Origin: Paraspadella gotoi
Taxonomy: Eukaryota; Animalia; Chaetognatha
Direction: 5' to 3'
Length of the DNA stretch: 64,000 bases
Assembly (NCBI GenBank): GCA_051294375.1
Contig: JBJCIZ010000224.1
Coordinates: 6,054 to 70,053 of the forward strand
The stretch's first letter is position 1, and each line of letters begins with the position of its first letter. Below, one piece after another: positions 51,864 to 64,000 of this stretch. Both the position numbers and the translations under genes were made by a program. The notes beneath the pieces are model-generated. The model had not been told where the DNA came from. It ran no database searches and saw nothing but the letters and a program-made list of their open reading frames with translations.

Positions 51864-52522
51864 CTTCTCTCTCCTCTCTCTCTGCTCTCTCTCTGCTCTG
51901 CTTCTCTCTCCTCTCTCTCATCTCTCTCTCGTGCGGTTTTTCCCTTTCCGTTCGGAGAGCGGAGACTGACGCTCCCCCCTTCTCCCCCTCATCTCTCTCC
52001 CGTTTTTCGACGACGGACGTCGGCTCGCGGCGTCTCTCCGCCCCGCCCCCCCGGTCGCCCCCCTCCCGTCGCACCCCCCATATTCTCCTCTCTTCTCCCT
52101 CCTTCTTCGACTTCCGACTCATTCGAAGTCAAATTCGAAAATTCGCTTGTACGTCCTTCGGTCTCGTTCTTCTTCCTCTTTTCTTCCTCCATTTTGTCCT
52201 AACTCTCGTTCTCTTTCCTCTTTATCTTCTCCAGTTTTCCTCTCTTTTCTTTTTTACCCTTTCCTCTTTTCTCTTTCTCCGTTTTCCTCCCTCTTTTCCT
52301 TCTTCTTTAATATCGAATCAGCCTCCAATCTATATCATTTTCTTTCCTTTTTTTTGCATTTTTTTCCTCTTTCTTCTCTCTCCTCCCTTTCTTTTTTCTC
52401 TCCCTCCTTCTCTATCTCTCTCTCCTCTCTCTCTCCCTCTCTCGCTCTCCATCTCCGGTTCGTCTCCCTTTCTCTCCCCCTCTTCCCCCATCGCTCGAAA
52501 TCGAACCCGGCAGACAAAGGAT

Positions 52523-52559
<37 letters not shown>

Positions 52560-53158
52560 TCTCTCTCCTCTCTCTCTCTCTCTCTCATCTCTCTCCTCTC
52601 TCTCTCTCTTCTCGCTGGCGCGCCAGGCGCGAGAGGAAAAAGAAAAAAGGAGAGAAAAAAAAAGGAAAAAAGAATCGAGGCGACGGAAAGGAAGAGGAGC
52701 CAAACATCAGCACATCTTTCCACGCATCACGCAACGCGAGAGCGCGACGAGAGAGACAGCGAGACAGAGAGCGAGCGAAAGAACAGAGAGCGACTCCGTT
52801 CCTGGCGAGAAGGGGGGGGAACAACGAGGGGGCGTTGGGGTTTTTGCTTCGGGCGTGGCGGCCACAATCCGGGGATAGAGAGTGAGGGGAGAGGGGGTCA
52901 CTTTTGAGCGTCGATGGTGGGGGAAATGGCGTAGCGTCAATGAACGTGCGAAGGCGTGGCCGGTCGCGGGCGAGTTGGTTCGAGAGAGGTCGTCGGCGAC
53001 GACGTCGGGAACCGCCGGCGTCGAGGTGGCGCTATTCGTGGCGCGATTCGTGAGCGTTTTGACGTGGGCGCCAACGAACGCGGAAAAGGGATGCTTATCA
53101 GAGAAAACGGGCGACGACGATCGAGTGAAGACGACGATAGACGACGAACGACGACGGA

Positions 53159-53189
<31 letters not shown>

Positions 53190-53378
53190 AAGCGCCACAA
53201 CGCCACGAGGCTTGCGATCTCGCTTGGCGGCGCCGCGGACCGGCGGCGTGCGAGGCTCGATTCGATGCGACGCCGTTTGGCGCTGGTGGCGCTAACGCCA
53301 TCCTAGGGGAAACCGAAGAAGGGGAGAGAGATTGCGTTTTTGGCGAAAACGGCGCTTGCGTGGCCGAGGCGGCGACGC

Positions 53379-53428
<50 letters not shown>

Positions 53429-53686
53429 AGAGAAGAGGAGAGGAGAGAGAGAGAGGAAAGAGAGAGGTAGAGAAAGAGGAAAAGGGAAAACGCGAGAGCG
53501 CTCGAAAGGAAAAAAAAGAAACGGAAACGATAGAGAAAAAAAAAAATAAAAGAAAAAATGTCCTAATTGGGAATTTCGGCGTCGAAAAAAAAAAGAAAAA
53601 ATGGGAGGAAAAGGGAGGAAGAGAAAAAAAAAAAAAGAAAAAAAAAAGAAATCGAAAATCGAAGGAAGCTCTGGGGAAAGGAGATA

Positions 53687-53720
<34 letters not shown>
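51720..53720 (+). repeat. Block B, direct copy of 60348-62370
   Basis: Collinear high similarity with indel-type differences (e.g. ttcgaagtc.aaattcgaaaattcgcttgtacgtccttcggtctcg at 52122 and 60753). Confidence 0.95.
52800..53302 (-). CDS. Candidate exon of a low-complexity Ser/Thr/Pro-rich protein with an NLS-like motif; indel-damaged, 3' end uncertain
   Basis: Strong acceptor ctctctccccttcttcggtttcccctag| (AG 53304-53303), then DGVSATSAKRRRIESSL...; after an apparent indel ...PSSSSSSS...TNSATSTPAVPDVVADDLSRTNSPATGHAFARSLTLRHFPHHRRSK. Possible donor AAA|gtgacc at 52901, or read-through to ...ATPEAKTPTPPRCSPPFSPG. Confidence 0.4.
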
Positions 53721-53731
<11 letters not shown>

Positions 53732-54294
53732 CCCTCTGTCTATCCTCTCTCTCTCTCTCCTCTCTCGTCTCTGCTCTCTCGTTCCCCTCCTGCTCTTCCT
53801 CTTCTCTCTCTTCCTTGTGCTCTTCTCCCTCTCTTGTGTCTCCGGTGCTTTATTGCTGTCTCTTTTTTTATCTCTTATTCTCTCCTATTGCCTCCCCTCT
53901 TGCCTTTCTCTCCGCATTCTCCTCCCATCCCCCCGCCGCTCATCATCTCTTCCTACTACCCCCCTCTCTCCTCGGCCTCCTCCCGGACTTCCTATCTCTC
54001 GTTTCCCCCACTGCTCCCGCCTTCCCCTCTTTCTTCCTTCTCTCTCTCTCCCAGCGATCGGCCATATCGTCCTATCTCCCTTTCCTGTTCTCCGGTCCCG
54101 ACCACCTTCTTCTTTTCTTCTCCTTACTATCACTCGAGCCCTATGTTCCTCGTCTATCGCCTTGGCTGTTTTTATGCTCTTTCTTTCTTCTGGTTCTCTT
54201 TCTCTCGCTTCCTCCCTCGTCTTTTTATAAAGAACCACAAAATCGACGTCGCGCGACGGTCACGAAGTTTCGATGAAAAAAAAGATGAGGAGAG

Positions 54295-55994
54295 AGTAAA
54301 CAAAGAATGTTAAACAAGAATCAACAAACAAACAAAAAAAAATAACGAAAAAAGAAAAAAAATGTGTTGTTTAGTCGAACGCGAGTACATCAAGCAACTC
54401 CATAAGTCACTTTTCGGTCGGTCGGCTCGTATGTCTGTCAGTTAATCTGTCCCAATTACGTGAGTTGGATGCTCATTTGTATAAGACGGAAATAGAACCC
54501 AAATCTAATCTAATCTGTTTTTTAAAGACTATAAAGAATAAAAGACTAGATTCTAATGCAGCGCGTGTCGAAGATACACGAAAATACTACTTGTCACTGC
54601 GGCGCAACCGAATCTCAATTCCGTTCTTGTTCCTTTTGTTTTTCTTAATTTAAATCCTTAGATGACGATGACGAAAATGTAGCGACGAATGACGACGAAT
54701 CCTTCGGACGTCATTGTCGTTTTCGTCATTTTTTTTAAAATCGGGGAAAGATGATGATGACGTCAAAGACAAAGAAAGGATGTGGGCGGCAACGGGGACG
54801 ACAAAGACGAAGACAACGACAACGAAAGAGATCCGGTGACAGGCGGCGCTGACTTCGCAAATTATGATACAAGGATTTCGTCTCAAGATCCAGAAATTTT
54901 AAAAAAAAAAGAACCCTGTACTGAAAGACACAAAAAATGTCATCGAGCAATATATTTCAGAGAGTTAGAGTTTACAAATTTAGATTATTGATAACAAATT
55001 AATATTTAAGTAAAATACCGTAAGTTAACTTATTATTGAGGTATCGATGTATTTTTTCGACTTGTGCCATTTAAAAATGCACGCATTTCGTTCGCTAACG
55101 TAGATTTGAAAACATCAGAGTAATTTGAACGCTCTCCTTTTTCCCTTTTGTGATTCCCGTCCTTTTTCTTTAGTCTCATCATCGCATTCAACTTCCTTCC
55201 TTTAGACGCCTTTTCCATTCTCATTTTCTTTTTAGTCGGTCGGTCGGTCGGTCAGTCTTGTATGTCGCTCCGTCGGTCTGTCCCACTTACGTTAAAAATG
55301 CATATTAATTTCCCAATAATTGGTTGCTATTTTGTTAAGACAGAGAAAAACCCTCAATTCAAGTGACTGCAAGCGCCGCTACAGGAAATCCTAAACTAAA
55401 ATAGAATGTAAGACGGAATTTTGATGCAGTGAAGGTCATAAATACACGGGGTAAAAAAGTTATTGTAGTCATGTAGTCGTTCTCATTTTCTTTTTCTTTC
55501 TTCCTTTAATCCTCTCATTTTTATTTCTTTTTCTTCATCATTTGAATTTCTCTCCTTCTCTTCTATTTTCCTACTAAAATTCGGTTCTCGGTTTTCCCCC
55601 CAAACTTTGTTCCCTTTCCTTTCTTTCTTCTTCTCTTTTTTCCTTCTCTTCTTTTCTTCTCTTCCTCTCCTCCCCTCCCCTCTTTTCTTTCTTTTCCTTC
55701 CTTTCCTCTCCCAACCCTTTAATCGCCTTTTCCTTCCTCCTCCCCTTCCCTCTTTCCCTCTTCTCCCTTCCTCCCAACTCCCCCATCCCTCCTCTCCTTC
55801 CTCCCTCTCTCCTCTCTCTCTCTCCCTCTCGCTCCCAATCCTTTTATTCCTTCGCTAAGACGCCATCGCCGAGGCAGTGACCGCGGAGGCAGTTAATCAT
55901 CTGCCCTCCCAAGGCCTTAGAGGGAATCGCTGGACGCCGCCGCTTCGCTCCAACGCTTCGCGCTCTCTGATCTCTCTCTCTCTCATTCCTCTCT

Positions 55995-56042
<48 letters not shown>

Positions 56043-57723
56043 TCTCTCTCTCTCCTCGCTCTCTCTCACTTCGACTCTCACTTCTTTAGACCGCTGGTTC
56101 GGCTGTCTTTATGTCGGGTCCTCTCCTCCGTTCTCGACTGCTAATTTCGGAAGGTTTGACTGTCTTTTTCTATCTGTAGGTCTACTGTCTGCCTGTCTGT
56201 CTGTATTTCTCTCTGTGTGTCTTCTTGATTCTCTTGGCGTTTAGCATTTCTCAAGTTTTCTTTTAATCTGTTTTTTTTTTCTCTCTCCTTGTTCTAAGTC
56301 GTGTCCTCTTTTCATTTCTCCCTCTCTCCCTGCCTATACCTCCCTCCCCTTCCTCTCTCCCTCACCCCGCCCTCTCTCTCTCTATCATCTTTCTCACGAT
56401 CATCTCCTGATTTATGAAGGAATTCCTTTAAACCTACGCGAGAGAACTTCGTGTTTTTCTTTCTTTGTTTTCTTCCTGCTGTTTAATTTTTAAACGCTAG
56501 TCCATCTCCGGTCTTCTCCAAGGAATATTTCTCTCTCGCCCTTCCTCCTTTCCTCTTTTTCTTCTTTCCTTTTCTCCACTTCTTTTCTTTTCCTTTTAAC
56601 CTTTCTTTTTACCCTCTCCTTTTCTTTCCCGCCACTTCTTTTCTTCAATTAACCTTTCCTTTTCCCTCTCTCCTTTCCTTTCCTCCACTTCTTTTCTTTT
56701 TCTTTCAACCTTTCTTTTTCCCTCTCCTTTCTTTCCCGCCACTTCTTTCTTTTCCTTTTAAACCTTTCCTTTCCCCCCTCCTTTCCTTTCCTCCACTCTA
56801 TTTTCCTTCTTAAAACCCGCGACGATTCTCCTCCAAGATTTTCCTTTTCTTTTCCGAATTTTTAATCTCATTCCTTTTCCTCCACTTTTTCCCCGCCGTT
56901 CCTTTTTTTTCCTTTTCTCTGCCTCCGCGTCTTCTTCTTTGTTTCATCTTTTATGTCCTTCCTCGATCCTTTCACACGCTTCTCTCCGCTTCCTCGTTTC
57001 TCCTTCATTTCAAAGAAACCATTGTTAATCGATATTTTTTTTATCTCCCAATCTCTCTCTTCTTTTCTTTCTTTTTTGCTTCATCCTTCTCCAAAAAAAA
57101 ACCTTTGTCACCCATCCTCATGCGTCTCTCTCCCCCTCTCTTCTCCTCTCCCCCCTCCCTCCCCTCAACGACGATGCATATTTCCATCCCATTAAATACC
57201 CGACGACTTACCTCCTTACCTAAATTTTCCTCACTTCGAATTAAAACTCACTTTTTTTTCCTTCAATTCTCGAAATTTCAGAATTAATTTTTTTTTACAC
57301 ACAAACAAAAAATTTTATTTATTCATCATAAATATTAATAATCATTTCGTTTAAACTGGCAAAAAAATTTGATGATTTTGAGAATTTTCGGAAAATTAAA
57401 TTTTAATTTAACATAGAAACGGACATGATTCTGCTTTGGATGAAAAAAAAAATTGCCATTCTGTAATAAATTCAATACAACGAAAAAGAAAGGATTAAAA
57501 TACACTAATTTCTAGAATATTAATTTAATTATTATCAATAATACTAACAATAATTCTTCTTCTTCTTCTTTTTTTTTCTTTTTCTTTTTCTTTTTCTTTT
57601 TTTTTTCTTTTCTTTTTCTTTTTTCTTTTTCTTTTCTTCTTCTTCTTCTTCTTCTTCGAGTTTTCGCCCCCGATTGCGACTCGTTCTGTCTTAACAGTTC
57701 GGCTGTCTGGCTGTCCACTCTCT

Positions 57724-57770
<47 letters not shown>

Positions 57771-58540
57771 ATCTCTCTCTCTTCTCTCTTCTCTTCTCTC
57801 TTCTCCTCTCTCTCTCTCATTTCCTCCCTTTTTTTCTTTTTTCCCGCCTCTCCGAGCTTTCGACTTCGTCGCGACGTTCCAGTCCGTTCGTCGTCGTCGT
57901 CGTCGTCGTTCCGTCTTCGTTGTAGTTGTTGGTTGTCGTCAGCGCTCAACACGTCGAAGCCAACGAAATTTTTTTTTTTCTTCTTTTTTAGACGTCGATT
58001 CCGCGCGACGAAAAAGGAAAAGTGGAGGAAAAGGAGAAAGAAAAGGAAAAGTGGAGGAAAGAGAAAGAAAAGGAAAAGTGGAGGAAAAAGGAGAAAGAAA
58101 GGAAAAGTTGGAGGAAGGAGAAAGAAAGGAAAGTGGAAGGAAAGGGAGAAAGAAAGGAAACGTGGAGGAAAAGGAGAAAGAAAAGGAAAAGTGGAAGGAA
58201 GCATAAAAGTGGAGGAAAGGAGAAATAAAGAAAAGTGAAAAAAAAGGAGAAAGAAAAGGAAAAAGTGGAGCAAGGAGAAAAAAAAAAAGTGGAGAAAAAG
58301 GAGAAGAAAAGGAAAAAGTGGAGGAGCATAAAGGTGGAGGAAAGGAAGAAAGAAAAGGAAAAAGTGGAGGAAAGGAGAAATAAAAAAAGGAAGTGAAGGA
58401 AAGGAGAAAAGAAAGGAAATGCGCAGAAATGTAGCGAAAAATATGGTAAAGAAAAAATATTTTACATATACTAATTTAACAAAAATGAAAGAATTGCAAT
58501 TATAAAGTTTTTTTTTATTGTTTTGAAGATTTTTAAATAA
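54295..58540 (-). repeat. Right arm (C rc + A rc + E rc) of the inverted repeat
   Basis: Reverse complement of 47960-51720 and of 22893-26225. Confidence 0.95.
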
Positions 58541-58984
58541 NNNNNNNNNNNNNNNNNNNNNNNNNCTCTCTCTCTCTCTCTCTCTCTCCTCTCGCTCTAT
58601 CTATCTCTCTATCTCTCTCTCTGCTCTCCAGTTCTTCCCCTTCTCCTCCCTTTCCCTCCACCTCGGAGAAATTTTCAAGATGCGTCGGTTGACGTCATCA
58701 GCGAAAAAAAGACGCCGAGATTAATCGGCGCGCGACGCCGTATTCGGCTTTTTCCACCCAAGCGGTCGTCTTTGTCGCGGATCGTTCGGTCCGTCGTCGT
58801 CGTCGTCGTCGTTCGTCGGTTTTGACGTTCGTTTTTAAAATTATTTTTAAATGTTTTTAATAATCTTTTTTATTTCTTCTTTTCTTTTCCTTTTTGTATT
58901 TGTATTTTGTATTTTTGTATTTTTGTATTTTGTTCTTTCTTTCTTTCTTCTTTCTTTCTTCTTCTTTTCTTTCTTTCTTCTTTC

Positions 58985-60340
58985 TTCTTTCTTCTTTCTT
59001 TCTTCTTCTTTCTTTCTTTTTATTTTCTCAAGTCATTCACCTTCGGTTTCCATAAAAAAAAAGTTCATCCGAACCATTAAAATGAATCGAAAGGATTTCA
59101 CCGTCAACAAGAATTTCTATTCTCGATGACCTAGTATATTTATTTAACTAAACAATTATTAAGAGAGAGAAGAGAGAGAGAGAAGAAGAGAGAGAGAGAG
59201 AGAAAGAAAAGAGAGAGAGAGAGAGAGAAAAAAGAGCAATTGAAAAGAACCGGCAGGGACCAGAGCAAAAAGCAAGGACGGAATCCGTGATTAAGCGGAT
59301 TATGACGAAACGACGACAAAAGACGGGACGACGGACGACGACGGGACAATGACGACGACGACGGAACAATTGGACGACGACGACAATGTTCTATTGTTGA
59401 ATTAAAATGAAGACGAAAATAAAAGATTAAGTATGACGATGAGAGGAAGATGGACGTTTGGACAAAGGTGACGCCTGGCGACGCCGGTCATGCGAGTGTA
59501 CATCAAATGAAAAATTTCACTACAACAAAACCATTTTACGACGATCAGTTAAAGACTGATGATGATGAGTGATTGATGATGATGATGACTATCGATGATG
59601 ATGATGATGATGATGATGATGATCGATGAGGTGATAACTGAGTGTATTGATGACGATGATGATGATGATGCGATGATGATGCATGGCGATGAAGACGACG
59701 GCATTTTCAATCAATCGAATTTTGAATCCGTCATATATACATTCTCTAAATCCCGGTCATTATCGTTCGTCGCTCGGTCGTCGCGTCGTCTCGTCGTTCG
59801 TCGTCGTCGTCGTCGTCGCCTCTGAAAAAAAAAGACTCGTGCTTCTTATTTTATAGGTATTGACTAATCTCGTGCATTTCGATGGTATGATAACTTTAAA
59901 CTTCTCCACTGGTGCAGCAGAACGTAGCATAAGCTGACTTAACGGACACTGTGAGCGATAACTGACATGCCCTTTAAAAGATTCTTGTCGATGATGACGA
60001 TGATGATGATGAGTGATATGATAGATGATGATGATGATGGCTTGATATGGTAATGATAATTGATCGTGTCATCTGTCCACGATATCAATGTACATCATCA
60101 TCTTCAGAACATGATCATTCATGATTATCATCATCTGCATCATCGATCACTTATGAATTGGATAGTCATCATCAGTTCAACATCTCAATCATCATATCTA
60201 TCATCAGATCATCATCATCATCATCATCGTTTTTCCTCCCCGTCTCCTTTGGCAGTCGAGGTCGTCGCACGTCGTCTTTCTCTGCGACTTCGTCTTTCGT
60301 CGTCGTTTTGTATTCGTCGCGTCGTCGGTCGTTCTCTGTC
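58985..60340 (+). repeat. Block F, noisier left arm of a second inverted repeat
   Basis: Reverse complement of 62530-64000 (59020-59150 vs 63842-63970; 59390-59550 vs 63365-63520; 59820-59985 vs 62905-63065). Confidence 0.93.
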
Positions 60341-60454
60341 TGCCTGGAGTCGTCCTCCCTCCGATTTTTTTTATTTTCTCGGTCGTCGTTTCTTTGTTGC
60401 TTGTCTTGTTTTGTCCCTCTCGCTCTCGGCTTTTCGCTGCCTTCGGTTCCTTCG

Positions 60455-60523
<69 letters not shown>

Positions 60524-61205
60524 TCTCTCTCTCTGCTTCTCTCTCTCTCTCTCCTCTCTCTCGTGCGGTTTTTCCCTCTTCCGTTCGGAGAGCGGAGACT
60601 GGCGCTCCCCCCTTCTCCCCCTCATCTCTCTCCCGTTTTCGACGACGGACGTCGGCTCGCGGCGTCTCTCCCCCCGCCCCCCCCGGTCGCCCCCCTCCCG
60701 CTCCCCCCCCATATTTCTCCTCTTCCTCCCTCCTTCTTCGACTTCGACTTCATTCGAAGTCGAAATTCGAAAATTCGCTTGTACGTCCTTCGGTCTCGTT
60801 CTTCTTTCCTCTTTCTCTTCCTCCATTTTGTCCTAACTCTCGTTCTTTCCTCTTTATGTCTTCGTCCAGGTTTCCTCTCTTTTTCTTTTTTCCCCTTTTC
60901 CTCTTTTCTCTTTCTCCGTTTTCCTCCCTCTTTTCCTTCCTTTCTTTAATATCCAATCAGCCTCCAATCTATATCATTTTCTTTCCTTTTTTTGCATTTT
61001 TTTTCCTCTTTCTTCTCTTCTCTCCCTTTCTTTTTTCTCTCCCTCCTTCTCTCCTCTCTCTTCCTCTCTCTCTCCCTCTCTCGCTCTCCATTCTCGGTTC
61101 GTCTCCCTTTCTCTCCCCCCTCTTCCCCCATCGCTCGAAATCGAACGCCGGCAGACAAAGGTCCGGTCTCTCTCTCTCTCCTCTGCTCTCTCTCTCTCGC
61201 TCTCT

Positions 61206-61237
<32 letters not shown>

Positions 61238-61439
61238 ATCTCTCTCCTCTCTCTCTCTTCTCTTCGCGCGCGCAGGCGCGAGAGGAAAAAAGAAAAAAGG
61301 AGAGAAAAAAAAAGGAAAAAAGAATCGAGGCGACGAGAAGGAGAGAGCCAAAATCAGCATCTTTCACGCCATCACGCCAACCGCAGAGCGCGACGAGAGA
61401 GAGCGAGACAGAGAGCGAGCGAAAGAACAGAGAGCGACT

Positions 61440-61952
61440 CCGTTCCCTGCGAGAAGGGGGGGGACAACGAGGGGGCGTTGGGTTTTTGCTTCGTGGCGTG
61501 GCGGCCACATCCGGGGATAGAGAGTGAGGGGGAGAGGGGGTCACTTTTGAGCGTCGATGGTGGGGGAAATGGCGTAGCGTCAATGAACGTGTGCGAAGGG
61601 CGTGGCCGGTCGCGGCGCGAGTTGGTTCGAGAGAGGTCGGTCGGCGACGCGTCGGGAACCGCGGCGTCGAGCGTGGCGCTATCGTGGCGCGATTCGTGAC
61701 GCGTTTTGACGTGGCGCCAACCCGAAGGGAAAAGGGATGCGTTACGAGAAAAACCGGCGACGACGCACGAGGAACGACGACGAAGGACGACGAACGACGA
61801 CGGACGACGACGACGAGACGACGACGACGACGGGAAGCCGCCACAAGCGCCACGAGGCTTGCGATCTCGCTTGGCGGCGCCGCGGCCGGCGGCGTTGCGA
61901 GGCTCGATTCGCATGCGAACGCCGTTTGGCGCTGGTGGCGCTAACGCCATCT
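61440..61952 (-). CDS. Second rendering of the block-B candidate exon, with different indels
   Basis: Same acceptor tract and same sequence as 52800-53302, with frameshifts at other positions. Confidence 0.35.
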
Positions 61953-62029
61953 CTAGGGGAAACCGAAGAAGGGGAGAGAGATTGGTTTTTTGGCGAAAAA
62001 CGGCGCTTCGCGTGCCGAGGCGGCGACGC

Positions 62030-62077
<48 letters not shown>

Positions 62078-62338
62078 CAGAGAGAGAGAGAGAGAGAGAG
62101 AGAGGAGAAGAGAGAGGGAGAAAGAAGAGGAAAGGGAAGGAACGCCGAGGCGCCGAAAGGAAAAAAAAGAACCGGAAACGAGAGAGAAAAAAAAAAAATA
62201 AAAGAAAAAATGTCCTTAATTGGGAATTTCGGCGTCGAAAAAAAAAAGAAAAAATGGAGGAAAAGGGAGGAAAGAAAAAAAAAAAAAAAAAAAAAAAAGA
62301 AATCGAAAATCGAAGGAGCTACTGGGGAAAAGGAGATA

Positions 62339-62439
<101 letters not shown>

Positions 62440-62529
62440 TCGATGTTTCAAAGGAACCGCGAAAACGTCAAGACGTCGCGCGATTTCGGTTTCGACGAAG
62501 TTTCGATGAAAAAAAAAAGATGAGGAGAG

Positions 62530-64000
<1,471 letters not shown>

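Noticed and set aside
47960-58000. Giant TIR transposon (Polinton, Foldback) or palindromic chromosome end
   Set aside because: No polymerase, integrase or transposase ORF, no TSD and no telomeric repeats; the arms are ordinary intron-like DNA that also occurs elsewhere in the window.
58690-58697. CRE palindrome TGACGTCA (also at ~51232 and ~54758)
   Set aside because: Expected by chance in GAC/GAT-repeat-rich sequence; no supporting context.

Overview
Eukaryotic, probably invertebrate-animal draft-assembly sequence. It is AT-rich but CpG-rich, extremely rich in microsatellites ((GA)n, (GAT)n, (GAC)n, (GAA)n, (GCC)n), heavily gapped, and has GT-AG splice signals. There is no prokaryotic gene structure, recognisable full gene, rRNA, tRNA or CRISPR array, and almost all listed ORFs are microsatellite, gap or antisense translations. 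About 45 kb of the window is the same few blocks repeated in both orientations. Block A (~2.8-3.3 kb) occurs five times, block B (~2 kb, with a candidate exon) four times, and blocks C and F three times each. Some copies are clean and others are insertion-riddled like raw PacBio CLR passes. A fold-back with its axis at ~45,985 carries a remnant of the PacBio SMRTbell adapter, and six gaps are exactly 25 N. Much of the palindromic architecture is therefore best read as long-read gap-filling or library artefact. Likely genuine features are a non-autonomous Helentron/DINE-1-like (HINE) element family with three distinct members, several minisatellites, a compact RFX X-box cluster at 4.83-4.87 kb and a few candidate minus-strand exons. 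I found no convincing novel biological system. The candidates worth testing are listed with refutation criteria. All alignments were made by eye and block boundaries are approximate.
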